NCBI GenBank assembly: GCA_044892525.1
Contig: CM097885.1
Coordinates: 53,322,001 to 53,386,000, forward strand
DNA length: 64,000 nt
Direction: 5' to 3'
Source of the DNA: Schmidtea polychroa
Lineage: Eukaryota
A program made the translations under genes and the position numbers. Numbering within the stretch: position 1 is the first letter of the stretch; each line of letters opens with the position of its first letter. Below are positions 51,501 to 59,055 of the stretch, in pieces. The notes beneath the pieces are model-generated. The model saw nothing but the letters and a program-made list of their open reading frames with translations, was not told the DNA's origin and did not search any database.

Positions 51501-52198
51501 TCCAGCGTCTCTGGTGCTCGACATCCTAAGGTTGCTCGTATATCCTCTCGTTTCATGCCATCTACGAATACGGCTATTATCTTGTCTTCCGGAACTGGTT
51601 GATTTGAATCGAAGGCTTCTCGTGCTAGTCGTCTCAATTCGCATGCGTACAGTGCGTTGGATTCGTTATATTTCTGCTTTCGATGCAGGAAGTCTAACAT
51701 TTTTCGATTTCCTTCTTTTTCGGTACCGAATGTTTTTATTAAAAACTCCTTGATCTCTTTCCACGTTCTCAACTTTGTTGCATCACATTTCGCCTCCAAG
51801 TATACATCTTGGGCGCTTCCCTTTAGATATAGGGGTATTCGTTCTCGTACGACTATGTCTGGCCAGTGACATATCGTAATGTATACCTCAAATTCTTTTA
51901 TAAATGTTTCTAGCTGGTTTATATTTCCATCGAATGGCTCTCCTCGAAATTTCTCCCTGAATTCTCCAATGTTGACGTGCACATTACTTGTTTCCGGTGG
52001 GTCCGTTACCCTTGGTTCGTTCGTGTTTCCGTCCGACATTATCTCTTGGCACAGTACGGTTATCTCTGTTGTCTCGGATATATTTTCCTCTTCTTCAGTT
52101 GATTCGACGTCGCTTATTGGATCTAATTCGGTTCGTTTGAAATCGTCGCTGTTCTCAAATTCGTTGGTTAAACTGTCGGATTCAAATACTGTTTCCAC
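38027..52198 (-). CDS. gag-pol: Single giant Gag-accessory-Env-Pol polyprotein (4,723 codons from GTG; first ATG at 52039)
   Basis: 14.2-kb ORF with no stop. Gag capsid (FDGN..FIKEFE), three CCHC knuckles, DTGA protease, YIDD RT, DAS RNase H, HHCC/DDE/GPY integrase, plus additional domains. Confidence 0.97.
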   Translation of the reverse strand: METVFESDSLTNEFENSDDFKRTELDPISDVESTEEEENISETTEITVLCQEIMSDGNTNEPRVTDPPETSNVHVNIGEFREKFRGEPFDGNINQLETFIKEFEVYITICHWPDIVVRERIPLYLKGSAQDVYLEAKCDATKLRTWKEIKEFLIKTFGTEKEGNRKMLDFLHRKQKYNESNALYACELRRLAREAFDSNQPVPEDKIIAVFVDGMKREDIRATLGCRAPETLEEALKIANKCETYLTPIQVAAMTAAPAAPATTTTTTNNQVNNANPVMNQFIPGSQQLFKTPQTRNQDSGGNIQNFTNNFSNNDNRTCNICQRSGHWSNECFRARMCQKCGRRGHTETICRGPTMPTGRGGTRTCYNCNQPGHMARECTMRAKPNQPGSNNPIQNTQINLMQEIEQLKDMIQRIPTNNQQQRINMMQSTEEIRKQPSKQQQDQQRIEWQRLQNEEAREIQERWKQREANPGRINMMRLTNKEESHTAEQCVNNEGSDLIKTTKENEIDPQTELSSEEKIQLIKEFTKEEKERRQKKDESQDESKSNEIVTKNRIKRVLLQKIENRIKNENPTLTEEQIKEKVKEHWFRKNEWFEKKEPHTKAKINMLRQMRSDQTDQEDEKSEVSSLGGELFQSSEENNEPKTPPNSETPQSSDESENDDMKSMIEKDDEEIFEEIFDTVTEIERNESYINELTYRKCVKLITQVYQCEGSIITAAWKDLATKYKEKLREADPDQYQVSIQHPEIQIQTIELKGTNTDELYNWVQEKMGTSHKNKQLYVDGYKVKMGIHLVDAMIWPNETNILTLEKTRDDESVAEMFKKIQQVFNNEVEPELEKIERKIMKENQIILVKQAIDQARKYINRLRERWPQLMKQFVKDVRDTEIMRFEDKRATELISKYGEYERTKCEQETIKIKVKLPNEEKQIIEVNPDCQVDELVQIIDQEIIQKARENSEDGMIEDVIIMYNRHMLERGDRTVIYELGIWEDGAVINIIAMDEPSGGHKNATKTEQQIKRFQWGMRAKMDRIIDIYNHWLKDDKLKLAAFNDKDCKLIPWKKVWIESEARWDWEQQKLEPNWIDNIPEEIAAVWVREKPIDTYQDILPQEFPNELQPGEDEEIREPVRLAPFTWKIENWMEKIKSAKEEKITRLVSPPFYSGLGEYKMKLRIYPNGDGVGKGSYVSAFFIICKGNCDDEVPWPFSRKVTIGIEPLKDSLNIHKETMKPDPRSTCYQRPTTSENMASGTSKLIRLNYIENEQSIFVKDNAIQIRVEVETEQEMNQRLNIPENQPRICMMRRRVPDSGHLPIDADADEEEAATLLEAQKCKELMEILQNGAKNRRRAVVELAKWIAESCKRIQNLRKIVKAIEEYRRVYVWYPEQFGEIIRKWKQQEWAENLPEKYQLKIFLPDFEPMEKEFYTTAKVREVKKRIPYELPFHLQHEGRSLDDDIEIGVIPLQGEIVNRLTVSKIAGRELRRREIKQKSSTKQPGSLDTPEVPNAVSEVTIETTGEDEILDELQEIVEAGEIMRASQSGDLFIHEGEPTTDDLDGFVCAQRQPAETDLDNMGGSANKDVTTTDEWSNWRVDPGATTSKDTTYNPPKRKETGTAMDRRTRGRPKTDKAEVEPKSKIQAQMEQVKTKMDKLSALVKQVKVKTNVREQGTRWINDLLANMLALANPDVKRVMRKDNIPTEAKQLWAVLKPIIMKIMDNKIRLTLKDPVELRLIVEHLLSRSEDQNRYLVGLAYLVYNVIGQYKKRMPKYNATGYEFTVTEIIKRSIEPYILEQGGWRNFIESTGKKDQTEMMQAKLRDLLTEFEGTINMNDPRASRKGMNAIITTILIWMMCIKGTESFAVYDCDNIKIHEKYSLKDTEDCKAANPRKLQTVMASVSYNVYQEADFIKTMVQECTVTRKIFAHHCGSSSHSTIIEPGLESTVLLLSREECEEGFRSGRIHLRQGIEIAAEPGKIKTTRVYTAGRITKGDGTCETGTYTLNGQLVSEVVVIESYEAKLERYQGYFDPDTQAMKKYPSCLASDRSCSTGMSTLVYHADQKVCRLMLLKTAIFEEIQGKVYSEPKGEAEKRAMEELRARKGFREEVITSKLESEVTPTAIISKDDGIGMRFIKNKMVSKCDEMVISTNYKGIYLPRRTLANAVGRLSEKDVKLYLYANNKMDFLYHRGLTSTEKVYHDLLRNDCLLNKEILRTKLAMAITNPDNAIPLLPLQEGYFGRIVGEVMYTYQCKKIMARLPGNPTIPRDKCANELEIIHEGKPRFVQAVTRVMNPVGFQPNLFNCSNAYGPMYEKEDGQWVQFPSKTIVVTPKKFGLTELTTELEFKPIDVSQSGLYTPKDLESARAHLLFPAQRQAILSNIVTISGGNNYGESPNYELLLSPSHYQQATANMMKAMWGRFLVFGQMIAGILGIILIIQIVRVILTQMLACFDIYKRERKVNWKLAIGFLPFLAKTMVLHGHSKDIHRIKRLLKILTQMKGTDEEVRRKFKVIMRLEAGRTQEKAKRTGKWKKWMNLRRDDDSDDNDDFDDDDNNQGGVMLINKNTATWENEKMKPWGSPYLQAPTNGPMRRPGTMRERIRMGTGRLPVPNIYPMAYEPNWAALDPTMTKPVKNVGQEVETRTIAVLQTPAAPSLTITVEVNGIEMDAMIDTGANISAINMNMLPGRLWPCIEETTMDVITCSKQSIAVVGRVWSTIEYKGVKVTTYLAVIRQLSVSCIIGTDVMPELLKEIVIDLSSMKLKDKTGQICTMRTEVRCSEKMIIPACTQTICYVKVDNEAKGDMIFEPSQKFEKRRELPLAREIVSINEDNEIPINITNFDEEDKVIYENERLGKLTPMMNIELPEIKSEGADEKELWTIDSELLNEDEKEQLRQLLIEFKDIFAASDLDLGTSDVTQYIIPLTDETPITLRPYRLAEAQKTVAEEEVQKMLDAGVIEPSCSPWQFPVVMVKKKDGTQRFCIDYRRLNAVTKRDTYPLPDINEMLQMLHGAAYFTSLDLKSGYWQIKVKEEDREKTAFTIGKDLYQFKKMPFGLTNAPASFQRCMNFVTHGIKQCMVYIDDLLIYSGTFEQHLIDIRNVFIRLKQWKLKLKPSKCDWAKERVTFLGHIVSAKGKEPDPRNVEKIKNCPIPKTVTQVQEFLGLCGYYRKFIKNYATIAKPIQELTKKDTPFLWEREQQIAFESLRDKLIASPILIHPDFKKPFLLATDASGYASGAVLGQWDEEKRERVIGYYSKTFKKHEKNYSVTEREALAIIQAIKHFKYLLWGHEIIITTDHQPLVWLGQHKEASSRLMRWAMQLQEYSPYIKFKSGKANANADCLSKFVFEELMDHDVRRICMIIAEDIDFTNLKNEQKEDSELKLIIEFLDKNDMKIFNNDDRLKEHMEKNRHRYTIEKGWLLVMDGDKRLMCLPESRRKEIMIQYHDGKLGGHMSVKKTEARLKQKYYWPNMSDDVKEWIKNCLICATRKTTGSKLKPPLKPMPIPPEPMTMIAMDVVGPLPETNNGNVYILVVTDYLTKFPEAFAMPDQKARTVARILVEEICCRYGTPKQILTDQGTNFMSEIINEVTNYFRIAKLRTSPYHPQTNGQTERFNGILIDMMSNYVSKHQKDWDEYIKLCLMAYRMSIHSATKMSPFKLMYGRECNMPMDLEYQPPISQYMEIDDYVTKFKERMQEIWKTAGMNIRFNQESYKELHDKKKNVQNHQFKVGDWVIIETPELIPGIAKKLQRNGRGPYEIIYVNENNARVKLVNNPLIRPIYVNTCRCKAVAKTATKDPETRKIITRSQTNATTEPEVSGRLTRSQTRRIFMLRGETSSSAHKGTEAESEAGAMARSQATWNMTVKIAREIVPEWADITNKYQVLGKLMLVAERYAKGRRYAEGLQIPTQIYELIRRLPIMFLTSDLSDNWPIHHAVKAGQEKRALEIIRIMENCKQSTNVKNSKGKTPLMKAIAIGASRDVLRELLRTGSTLKEKDNKQRNVLRYAVRSKRPSIVNFITGNATAEEAEVLGQSIEPILEAIRGNLDRTAAMLIKWKQNELKAEVIDINQFQNTENIVLRSAIYSRPPMPKTIKAILQRNRAELTGNWWKCTKAHTMKKQLEILVWEWHRKQRKYQGTKEERESIHNDKKEIIKKYEEMIKATNVEDDIFGKTPGERNGDDDDDERMGDNDKNPEENDREQNPEGGETTDDDEELEEDEEDQCRGEDQGFDKTENKKRKSPLHSIVFRNQIQPILLQRIFIILTSICLTETKNMRIVREAFQEGEVFMIKVSDYDGNAVGICVQLMEGTGVSCDFRSITKGKIFSSQKRDPRLCGDYDICRDITTEEMELERANETGVHFQLNILEEGIEIEDKGSRSITHVCIREDRDICIITDMTQDHKFFWGEVKPNTPTVVCAGTQGIVVCKGTRTAPRKDKPRSMAMKQGPLMGIATKKPNKSVSTKTTTEQNQTELITTTTWINEVIKDERREVQITINLNKKGEEVITVKNQEGEPIIRICVMDKTGIIDCTTTPIDKGADVKMETGKRKERYQVCILKKGRGTSVCQPITRQKPQLINIPWIPRDQEGGEKRENHSHLTEKEKERLHQAFKKIKAPETNTTGSTILTTEKTNNGTTIITKMIWITSAIVSTIIALAMIQWIRTTKRCKQKPRNRRKWPKVEKFEYGIPTENLNLGEYEVVEDPGSSGLWMSELPRIPTPNEWAHEVDIYRLTDERYGGMRTLHSGPMATLV
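40100..40490 (-). other. Ankyrin-repeat domain after integrase
   Basis: WPIHHAVKAG; NVKNSKGKTPLMKAIAIG..VLRELLRTGS; KDNKQRNVLRYAVRSK. Confidence 0.85.
40900..44300 (-). other. pol: Pol region: aspartic protease, RT, RNase H, integrase
   Basis: AMIDTGANIS (~44240), RFCIDYRRLN, LDLKSGYWQ, MPFGL, YIDD (~43020), ATDASG, TDHQPL, HDGKLGGH..CLIC, MDVVGP/TDQG/ERFN, GPYEI. Confidence 0.97.
44820..46720 (-). other. env: Envelope-like fusion glycoprotein resembling chuvirus/Jingchuvirales G
   Basis: Signal-like MNAIITTILIWMMCIKGTES, then FAVYDC..YSL...C; C.V......HCG..SH; ~550-aa Cys-rich ectodomain; SGLYT..DL; TM WGRFLVFGQMIAGILGIILIIQIV. Confidence 0.75.
46830..47230 (-). other. Bcl-2-like domain
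   Basis: All-helical ~130 aa ending IEPYILEQGGWRNFIE (BH2 consensus WI.xxGGW..F); the BH1 NWGR motif is not conserved. Confidence 0.6.
47800..48010 (-). other. Ubiquitin-like domain 3
   Basis: YQLKIFLP...TAKVREVKKRI...HLQHEGRSLDDD matches the ubiquitin pattern TV..VK.KI...L.F.GK.L.D. Confidence 0.6.
48388..48830 (-). other. TRAF-type MATH domain within the polyprotein
   Basis: FTWKIENW..SPPFYS..YKMKLRIYPNGDG.GKGSYVSAFFIICKGNCDDEVPWPF..FVKDNAIQIRVEV. Confidence 0.93.
49196..49993 (-). other. Ubiquitin-like domains 1 and 2
   Basis: YQVSIQ..TDELYNWVQEKMG...QLYVDGYKV; IKIKVKLPNEEKQIIEVNPDCQVDELVQII..IMYNRHML..ELGI.DGAVINII..EPSGG. Confidence 0.65.
51062..52039 (-). other. gag: Gag: capsid domain and three CCHC zinc knuckles
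   Basis: CNICQRSGHWSNEC, CQKCGRRGHTETIC, CYNCNQPGHMAREC; RKQKYNES..Y..ELRRLA capsid motif. Confidence 0.95.
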
Positions 52199-53009
52199 TG
52201 ATGCTGGTTTCTTGTGTAGTTTTCTGTTTTTCTTGGCTCTTTCTATCTCTTCCTTTTCTAATAAACTGAGGTTTCCCTTACTTTTTCGTCTGGTTCGGCT
52301 AGCTATATTATCAATTTTTCCTCCTTTTAATATCTTTTGATAAATTTTCTACTTCGTCGATCGAGCTTCGATTTTCTGATTATTGTCTCGCTTTTTCTTT
52401 AATCTTTATAATTCTCTAATTTTATTAAGTTCTTTGATTCCTTGCTTTTGATTGGTTTCTCTAGATCTCTTGATTTCTATTGCTTTCTTGATTTCTTTGA
52501 TTTCTTCCTGAATTGTTTGCTTTATTCTAAAATAATTAACACCTCTAGTACATATCATAAATTCTCTTTATTAAACCCTTCATTTACTTCCCATTTTCTC
52601 TTTATTTTACTGTTCCTTCGCTTCAAATTTTCTAACTTTTCTACACTTCTCGTTATTCGCCCTATTTTGATTTTAAGTCGATTTTAAATTATCTATAACT
52701 CATATCAATTATCTATATAGTCGCATCAATTATCTATCCCTTTTATAATCATCAAATAAATATAATATCAATTATAAAAATATCAAAGTAAACATATCAT
52801 TAATAAATAAATTCAGTAACTCAACTAATATCTATTCGTTCGCTTTTCCCCTCCAAAAACTGGTTTTATTTTCTCTTGCGCCGGCGCTTTATCATAATTT
52901 TCCTTTACTCATTATATATTTAACGCACTTAATCTATTTCGATTTAATCAATTTCATATTTAATCATCGATGCTTTGGTTCGCGTGACCTCTGCATCTAC
53001 ATTTATTTA

Positions 53010-53960
53010 CCATCGACTCCCTGACCGGTTCAATCAACTCTCCTATTTCATTTAAATCATTTCACTCAATTACCATCGGCTCCCTGGCCGGTTTAATCAA
53101 CTCATTTTAATCTCATGAAGTCTTTTACGACTCCTCAACGCCTGGGCTTTTACACCGTTACGCCATATAATCCATTATTACCCATCAACGCTTTGGTTTG
53201 TTAGACCTCCACGTCGGCATCGGCTTCCGGCCGGTTTAATCATAATTTGAAGTCTTTTACGACTCCTCGACGCCTGGGTCTTCGGTCTTCGGTCCCTGAC
53301 CGGTTTCAAATGCCCTAGATGAGGTTTCTTCAACCCCTCGACGCCTTCGGTTTTTACACCTACTATCGTCCCTACCGCGATTAAATTGAGTTGACAGTTG
53401 GCTTTCGGACTAATTAAAAATTTAAGGCTCCTCCTACTCAAATTCCTAATCTGCTGAGGCCTCACAACTGGCTCAATTCTTGGCCGCCTATTGAAAAGAA
53501 TCTAATACCGGTAACTCTAATCTCATCGCCGTTTCACTGGGCCTATCGGTACTCAGTGTGGGCATCCGGGTTTTGTACCGACCCCTGCTAGCAATAATCA
53601 CGAAGAAAAAAACATCCTATCTATCAGGATTTAAAAAAACATGGAAATGCCTAATCGCCTCGATCTTGATTCTCAAAAGTGATGAACCAGATCTCCCGAC
53701 TAGTGAAGATAAAAGGAAATTGGATATGCAGTTGACTCTCGGTCTCCCGCCTCACAACTGGTCCAATCTTGGTTGCCTGTTGAGTACGAGTCCTTTACCG
53801 GTTGACCCGCATCTCACAACCGTTTCACTGGGCTCCTTAATACTCGGTGTAGGTAACTGGGTCTCTCTCGCTCGCTACCCTTCCGGGTTTTTGTATCAAG
53901 TCCCGCTAGCAACTCAAAAAAGTGCGCCCAATACTCGGTGTGGTATCCGGGTTTTTGTAT
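53010..53960. repeat. Degenerate tandem repeats in the long 5' leader
   Basis: catcg(a/g)ctccctg(a/g)ccggtt units and gaagtcttttacgactcctc duplicated in 53010-53360; ~53455-53590 repeated at ~53750-53960. Confidence 0.7.
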
Positions 53961-54688
53961 TGGGTGATCCAGCATCATCAGTCCCTTGGCTGATAATCTC
54001 CTGGACACTACAGTCCGGTGGTTAGCCGCTGTACTCGGGTGCCTCATCACTCGCTAGGGAAAAATCATTATTTCTCATCTGATTTGAAGTCCAAAAACGG
54101 TTTCTTCAAATCCGCAGCTGCTCTCGGATTAAATTTTTAAAATTTAGCGCGCGTTTTTCAATTTTTATTTCTATTTTTCTATTTTTATTCACCCTTTTAG
54201 GCAACCCCAGTCTCCCAGACAAAAAAATATAATAATCGCGTTCGTTCATTTCCCACAAGTGGTGATCAGTCACTCGACAGAAACTCCCCAACATTTGCGA
54301 TGGATCCTACTACATTCTCTCGTCAGGGTGATCAGGATTTCCCCATCCGGGCAAGTGTCGTAAGGACGATTCACTTGTCATCCCCTCATTGTCGTATCAC
54401 TCTATGCCAAAATAATAAAACAGGAAGAAAAGAAAATTGGAAGTAAAAATCGTACTGATCTTATCGATCAGCTCATTCATACGACTATGATCAGTCCTGC
54501 ATTCAATTTTGATTTTAGTTCTAATTGCTGTGTTGCTTGTCTATTTATTTAACGTATTTTGTGTCCTTTATATGTCTATGTTCGTCGTATGTTTCATACC
54601 TTTCGGTTGCTATAATGGATTTTTAATATAATTTAATAATTTTATCACTTCATATTCATTCACAAGAAATTTATTTGACAACATCTCC

Positions 54689-55015
54689 TTACGGGAGGTA
54701 TATTACAATTTTCTCTCTAACATTCGTATCGCATACGTTGCATCGTTTAATTTTCTCTGCGCAATTCTCGCAGTGACATAAATGACCACATGGGATCGTC
54801 ATTACTCGTATTTCATTGGTTCTGCATATGAAGCATTTTCTAAAATTTTTAACTTGATGTTCGATTGCTTCTTTAATTTCTTCTTCGATCGTTTCCATTT
54901 TCATCATTATCTCCTGCCATTTGATGTTGAATTTGGCATTATCTAATCGTAAATTTTGAATTTGATAGACTCTTTTAGTGGTCAATTCTGCATTAGGTGT
55001 TGCTATTTTCATCAT
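54689..55015 (-). CDS. Upstream accessory ORF with C-terminal IAP/MDM2-type RING (possibly joined to 55029-55223)
   Basis: CFICRTNEIRVMTIPCGHLCHCENCAEKIKRCNVCDTNVREKIVIYLP at the extreme C-terminus, preceded by a coiled coil. Confidence 0.85.
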   Translation of the reverse strand: MMKIATPNAELTTKRVYQIQNLRLDNAKFNIKWQEIMMKMETIEEEIKEAIEHQVKNFRKCFICRTNEIRVMTIPCGHLCHCENCAEKIKRCNVCDTNVREKIVIYLP

Positions 55016-55867
55016 TACACATATTTCCTCAGCTTACGGTCTTGGCTTCAAGCTCATCTCGTCTTGGATTTTCACCAACTGTTCCGCTTTGCGATTTAGC
55101 CGTTGTAACGAATTGTGTGTTAAATCTACGAATTTTTCGAGTCTCTTTGTAATGTAGCCGGTTGATTCCATCTAAGTAAGATTTATTAATTAAAGTTCCC
55201 TTTTTATTAATATTCCGCGTCATTTTCCCCCTTTATCATTTTCCCTCTAATATCCTGAATACCTTATTTTATTAGTGCTTCAATAACCTTTACATTCTAC
55301 TTATCACTCTTAACAACCCCGTCTCCCTTGGTTTAATGTTCTATTCCGCGCAAACTTCTCTCATGTTCTTGTGATTTTATCATAATCGTTTTATTATATA
55401 TAACCCATATCCCATTCGTTATCGCCCTATTTACACGTTTTCTGATTAAGTTTAACTACTTTGTTCATTTGGTTTATTTTTATTAGCGTGCTATCCCCCC
55501 TTTTTCCCTATTTTTAAATTTTTATTATTTCTTTATATTTACATTTTATTAATCGTTAATATTTAAAATTTTTATTATATTTTGTTTCCGTTTTACTTTT
55601 CGTTTATTATCATTTCATTCTATTACTACGCTATTCGTACGATATTCTCATACTCACTTTTAATACATTCATATGTTGACACACTTCAAAACTTCAATCA
55701 CTCATTTAAACATTTCACATACATTTTATCATATTCACATATCCATGTACTAAGTTTAAGTGTTTGGGTAAACAATTTGCTCAATCTTGAATGCATATTA
55801 CTTTATATCAGCTTTTACTCTCTCCATTATATCTATTCTCGGGTTCTTTCACCAATTAAATTTGCAA

Positions 55868-55885
55868 ATCCCGGCTGAGCCCCCA
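55868..55885 (-). promoter_or_regulatory. Primer-binding site, tRNA-Pro type
   Basis: Minus strand TGGGGGCTCAGCCGGGAT, 16/18 identical to the classical tRNA-Pro PBS TGGGGGCTCGTCCGGGAT; 8 nt from the 5' LTR end. Confidence 0.88.
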
Positions 55886-56307
55886 AATTTGTATGGTGGG
55901 TTACAGGTGGTCGAATGATTAAGTGCTGCTACCAGCGTAACCCAACATGCAACATTGTTTTTCCGCTTGGTACCCGTTGAGTGATCAACGTTGGTACTGT
56001 ACCAAGGGTTGAGTACCCGCAAAAAGTGAGCGCATCAACGCACTATAATTGTCGAGTACTCCACGGGTTCACGGACTACCGTTAGAAGGTTTGTGTCCGA
56101 TTTCCTCAGGTCCCCTATTCGAAATTGTTTTCCCAACTCTCAACACCTCGGTTTTCAGTCACTCAACGTTTGCAAACAATATACTTCATCCATTAATTTA
56201 ACTAAATTTGTATTTAGACATTAGCAATAAACAACCAAAATAAAACTCAATATATCTAGCACAAGTGACTGTTCACATCGCGGGAATTACATTGGTGTAG
56301 GTTTTTC

Positions 56308-56733
56308 TTATCGCTCATACTCGGCTAACCTAGCCTTCTTTAACTTCTCCCGGATGTTCCGTCCTAACCGCTTTCTTTTGGATTTCTCTTTCGCGGCCGG
56401 AGGGTATATTGCTGCTAGTTCCACAGTCAACGGCCGGATTTGGCTTATGGCGGCTCCGTGAACTACTTGTTCATTTCGCTCGGTTTCTAACGCGCGGAGC
56501 TGGAGCTTCAGTGCCCGGATCTCCATCTGATCCTGCGCGGCTTGAGCCTGCAGTTGAAGGACCTGCGCCACCTTCTTTTTCATATCCTCGGGACTAAACC
56601 AGGTGCTTTCTAGTTCCTGGCACCGTCCCTTGAGCTTGTCTACTCGTATGCGGAGCTCCTCGGCCTGTTTTTGGGCTTCTTCCCTGTCCTTTCGCAAATT
56701 TTCAAGTAGTTTGAACACTAGATAAAAATTCAA
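56308..56733 (-). CDS. LTR-encoded coiled-coil protein (5' LTR copy)
   Basis: Copy of 25726-26151 with four amino-acid differences. Confidence 0.55.
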   Translation of the reverse strand: MNFYLVFKLLENLRKDREEAQKQAEELRIRVDKLKGRCQELESTWFSPEDMKKKVAQVLQLQAQAAQDQMEIRALKLQLRALETERNEQVVHGAAISQIRPLTVELAAIYPPAAKEKSKRKRLGRNIREKLKKARLAEYER

Positions 56734-56935
56734 TGATTCATTCTTGCAGCATAACGCTCATTCCATTATATAATAAGATCAATATTATAAATAAACATAG
56801 TTTCAGATATTAAGCACGCAATTCATAAGATAATTTATTGAAAGGAATAAAATTATTCGTCACTAAAATTAAAGTTTAATTAAGTCATAACTGATGATAA
56901 TTGCAAAAATAAATTTTGATGATGAGTCAGGTCGG

Positions 56936-57292
56936 TCACTTGCGAGGCCTTCCCCTCTTCCGCGGGGTTGTCTCGGCCTCTTCTAGGTCCTCTACGGTTT
57001 TCCCTTCCTTGTTTGCCCGGATTTGCAAGTCGATTTTCCTCAATCGCATCTGGGCTGCTTCTACCTCGATGGCCGCTCGGTCGCGGGCCTCTTGCAAAAA
57101 ATCGTTTGTGGGCTCTGTTTTTACCCACGCTGGGACGTCCGGTTCCGGCCCACTCCTGATTACTGGGCCCCAGTTGTCGAGGTCCAAGCCCCGGTTCCAA
57201 TCATGGATACGGTACCATATGTACCGTGTCCGGAGTCGTGTAAGCATCTGTCGGTCGGCTTCTTCGTTACTACCACTGTCAGAATAGGACAT
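56936..57292 (-). CDS. LTR-encoded AT-hook protein (5' LTR copy)
   Basis: Copy of 26354-26710 with one amino-acid difference. Confidence 0.65.
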   Translation of the reverse strand: MSYSDSGSNEEADRQMLTRLRTRYIWYRIHDWNRGLDLDNWGPVIRSGPEPDVPAWVKTEPTNDFLQEARDRAAIEVEAAQMRLRKIDLQIRANKEGKTVEDLEEAETTPRKRGRPRK

Positions 57293-57591
57293 TTCTACAA
57301 AAGAACAATCAAGCCACTTTATACTGATTGTAATACGACGTTAAACACAGGATTTTGTTGACCCTTTTTCCCTTTAAGAATTTGAAAATAAAAAGAAATA
57401 TTTTATTTTAAGACTAACATTTATAATCCTAGGAACAATAGAATGAAATTTCATATTTTGTCTACTAATAACCAAAAAAAAATTTATCAACAATCCTCTT
57501 GTTTTAATTAGCTATTTTTCTCAAAATTTGTATTTATCACTAAGTAATCATTTAAATTATATTTTATGTATTTTAATTTAAATATTATAAC

Positions 57592-58016
57592 CAGTGCTCG
57601 AAGTGAGGCGGGATAGCCGGGATATTATCCCGGCATTGATTATGTAGGCGGAATTGCATCCCGGCACTTCATTTCATATAATCTATAGGTTTATCCCGGT
57701 ACTTATTTCATTTTATAGGCACACAAATACTGCAATTAAGGTCACACATAGTACATCCATATATGTATGTATATATATATTCTTTATTCTCTATTCTCTA
57801 TTCAATTAAGAATTTCCCAAGCAGCACTAATGGATAGGTAGGTATATTCTGAAACTTATGATTAAATGGGTGGACACCCCCCCCCAAAAAAAATTTGTTG
57901 GACACCCCCCAAAGTTTTGCAACACCCCCAACTGAAAATTTCTGCATAAAAGCCTGGAATCCCGGATGCCACAGCATGCCTATCCCGGCACATATTTTGT
58001 TCCACTTCGAGCACTG
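57592..58016. mobile_element. hAT-type MITE (425 bp) inserted in the 5' LTR only
   Basis: Perfect 14-bp TIR CAGTGCTCGAAGTG; 8-bp TSD ATTATAAC (57584-57591, 58017-58024); empty site present in the other LTR at ~27002. Confidence 0.96.
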
Positions 58017-58965
58017 ATTATAACGAATTTAAAATTTCAGGGTTTAAATCTTTTGCCACTAAATTCGGGTACGCTGAGGCGACAGGTATTAACAACGAGC
58101 TTAGCTTCTCGTCTGCTTGCCTTTCCTTCGGTTGTACTCGTCATGAGTGGTATAGTCCGCTTTGATTTGCTTGCAAGTAGTTTAATTTTTTAACCATAGC
58201 TTTTCGATTTTAGAGATATTTGGTGGGAATCTTTCACTCGGATGGAATGACCGGTTGTTCAAAGCCCTAATGGAATTTTATATGACTCTGTGTTGGTATC
58301 TTTAGTTTGATTTGTATTTAGTGGTGTTAGAAGTTTTGTTGAATAATTTTAATTTAGCATGTTCTTTGGCTAATCGCTTTTGATTTTTGTAAAATAAATT
58401 TTTGTCAGTTATCGATAATTCATGCGACTGATTCCGTGGAGTTCCACGGTTGGTATCGACTGTCCCAATGTATTCCTAGTCCTCAATGAATTGGTTTAGG
58501 TTAATGGAGGTTTTACCTGACTTTTAATTTCTGGGGCCGCTAAGTTAACTAAGATACATCCGTCACTGATGAGCCTGGGTTAAATTAACTTATTAGATAC
58601 GTAAAGTTACCTACATTTACACATGTCTATATGTGCGCACCTACTCATGTTATTATTGAATTAATAGTCCTAGCATTTTCTCCGAGGGGGGGTTACTAAA
58701 AATAGATTTCTGGAATTATGGTCATTTTTATTGGAGTAAAGGGGTAGGTTCTAAATTTAGTCGTGGGGGAAATCCTAAATCGATAATTCAATCAAATTTT
58801 GACTTTTGGAAATTAATAATGAAATACTAGTAATAACAATAATGGTGATAATCATAATGTTGATAAGAATAACACTAGGGAGAATGATCATAGCAATAAT
58901 TATGATAATAATAAAAAATGATAATAATAATAATAAATAAATAAATCATAATAATAATAATAATG

Positions 58966-59055
<90 letters not shown>

